From positions 81,654,001 to 81,718,000 of the forward strand of contig NC_043006.1 of the NCBI RefSeq assembly GCF_006345805.1: a stretch of DNA of 64,000 bases, given 5' to 3'. Of this stretch, positions 63,341 through 64,000 are shown in pieces (the first letter of the stretch is position 1; each line of letters begins with the position of its first letter). The notes beneath the pieces were generated by a model that worked only from the letters and a program-made list of their open reading frames with translations, was not told where the DNA came from and did no database searches. The position numbers were made by a program, and so were the translations under genes. Source of the stretch: Octopus sinensis. Its lineage: Eukaryota.

Positions 63341-64000
63341 CTTAGATTGTTCTGCACAATAAGAATTTTTGAGGAATGATGCGTTGATCGTAAACCTGTC
63401 TTTGATGGTGTTAAAGAATTGAAGCATAACGCTTTTGAAACTGGATCTGGCTTTGTAAAAACTTGACAAACGAAGGTAGTTCACAGATTTAATTCTGTTT
63501 CTTTATCTGGTTGTGTTGCTATAAGTTGGTCGTAGTTAAGTGTAACTGTTCAGTATATGTTAGGTTATGTTTTCAACTTTAATTTTTGATTTATACAATA
63601 ATAGTCGATGAAATTATTGGTTGCCTGATAGGTTGGCTAATGACCCCAGTTATACTTTACACTGCATACAGAGAAGGAAATAGAGAGTAAAAGAGAGATA
63701 CAGAGAGAGTAAAAGAAAGATATAGAGAGAGTTAATGTAATCGGTGCAGATGAGTACAAATACTAGGCTTTGCGTCAGACAATGAGTAAAGGAAAGACAC
63801 ATACACTAAGAGAAAGTATCATTGAAACAGAGGAGGAGGAAGGGGAGGAAAAGACGGAGTAAATGACAAAGTAGTTACAGAAGGAATTATACGACGGAGA
63901 AATTTGTTTTAATTAATTTATTTTAAGAGAAATATTCTTAGGAAATGAATATTCGTTTCATCGCGTTGTATAAGCATCAGAAAGTTGATAGCATTTAAAT

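Overview
Eukaryotic, AT-rich (animal) genomic DNA, most likely an octopus (inferred from the tRNA-derived Meta-domain and CORE-type SINE families and the extreme (TA)n/(CA)n microsatellite load). The window looks intronic or intergenic. No complete protein-coding gene is visible, and nearly all ORFs in the supplied track are microsatellite or SINE read-throughs. Content: about 30 SINE copies from 4 families (including a dimeric SINE with a 16-bp TSD); fossil LINE fragments (R4/Dong-like, Tx1/L1-like, CR1-like, two RTE-like); mariner and maT transposase fragments; several MITEs, including a 411-432 bp element with ~29-bp GG-ended TIRs, exact 8-bp TSDs and an internal TTAGGG tract (3 full copies plus 1 half); Helitron-like elements; and a few candidate small exons. 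The most notable signal is a set of short non-coding inserts sitting in (TA)n tracts. They show inverted or direct terminal duplications and carry hand-foldable type I hammerhead ribozymes, some with a canonical core and several with recurrent variant cores (CCGANGA; CUGUNGA-A with no loop 3). This points to a diverse Penelope-like/retrozyme system. All folding and translation was done by eye; no database searches were run.
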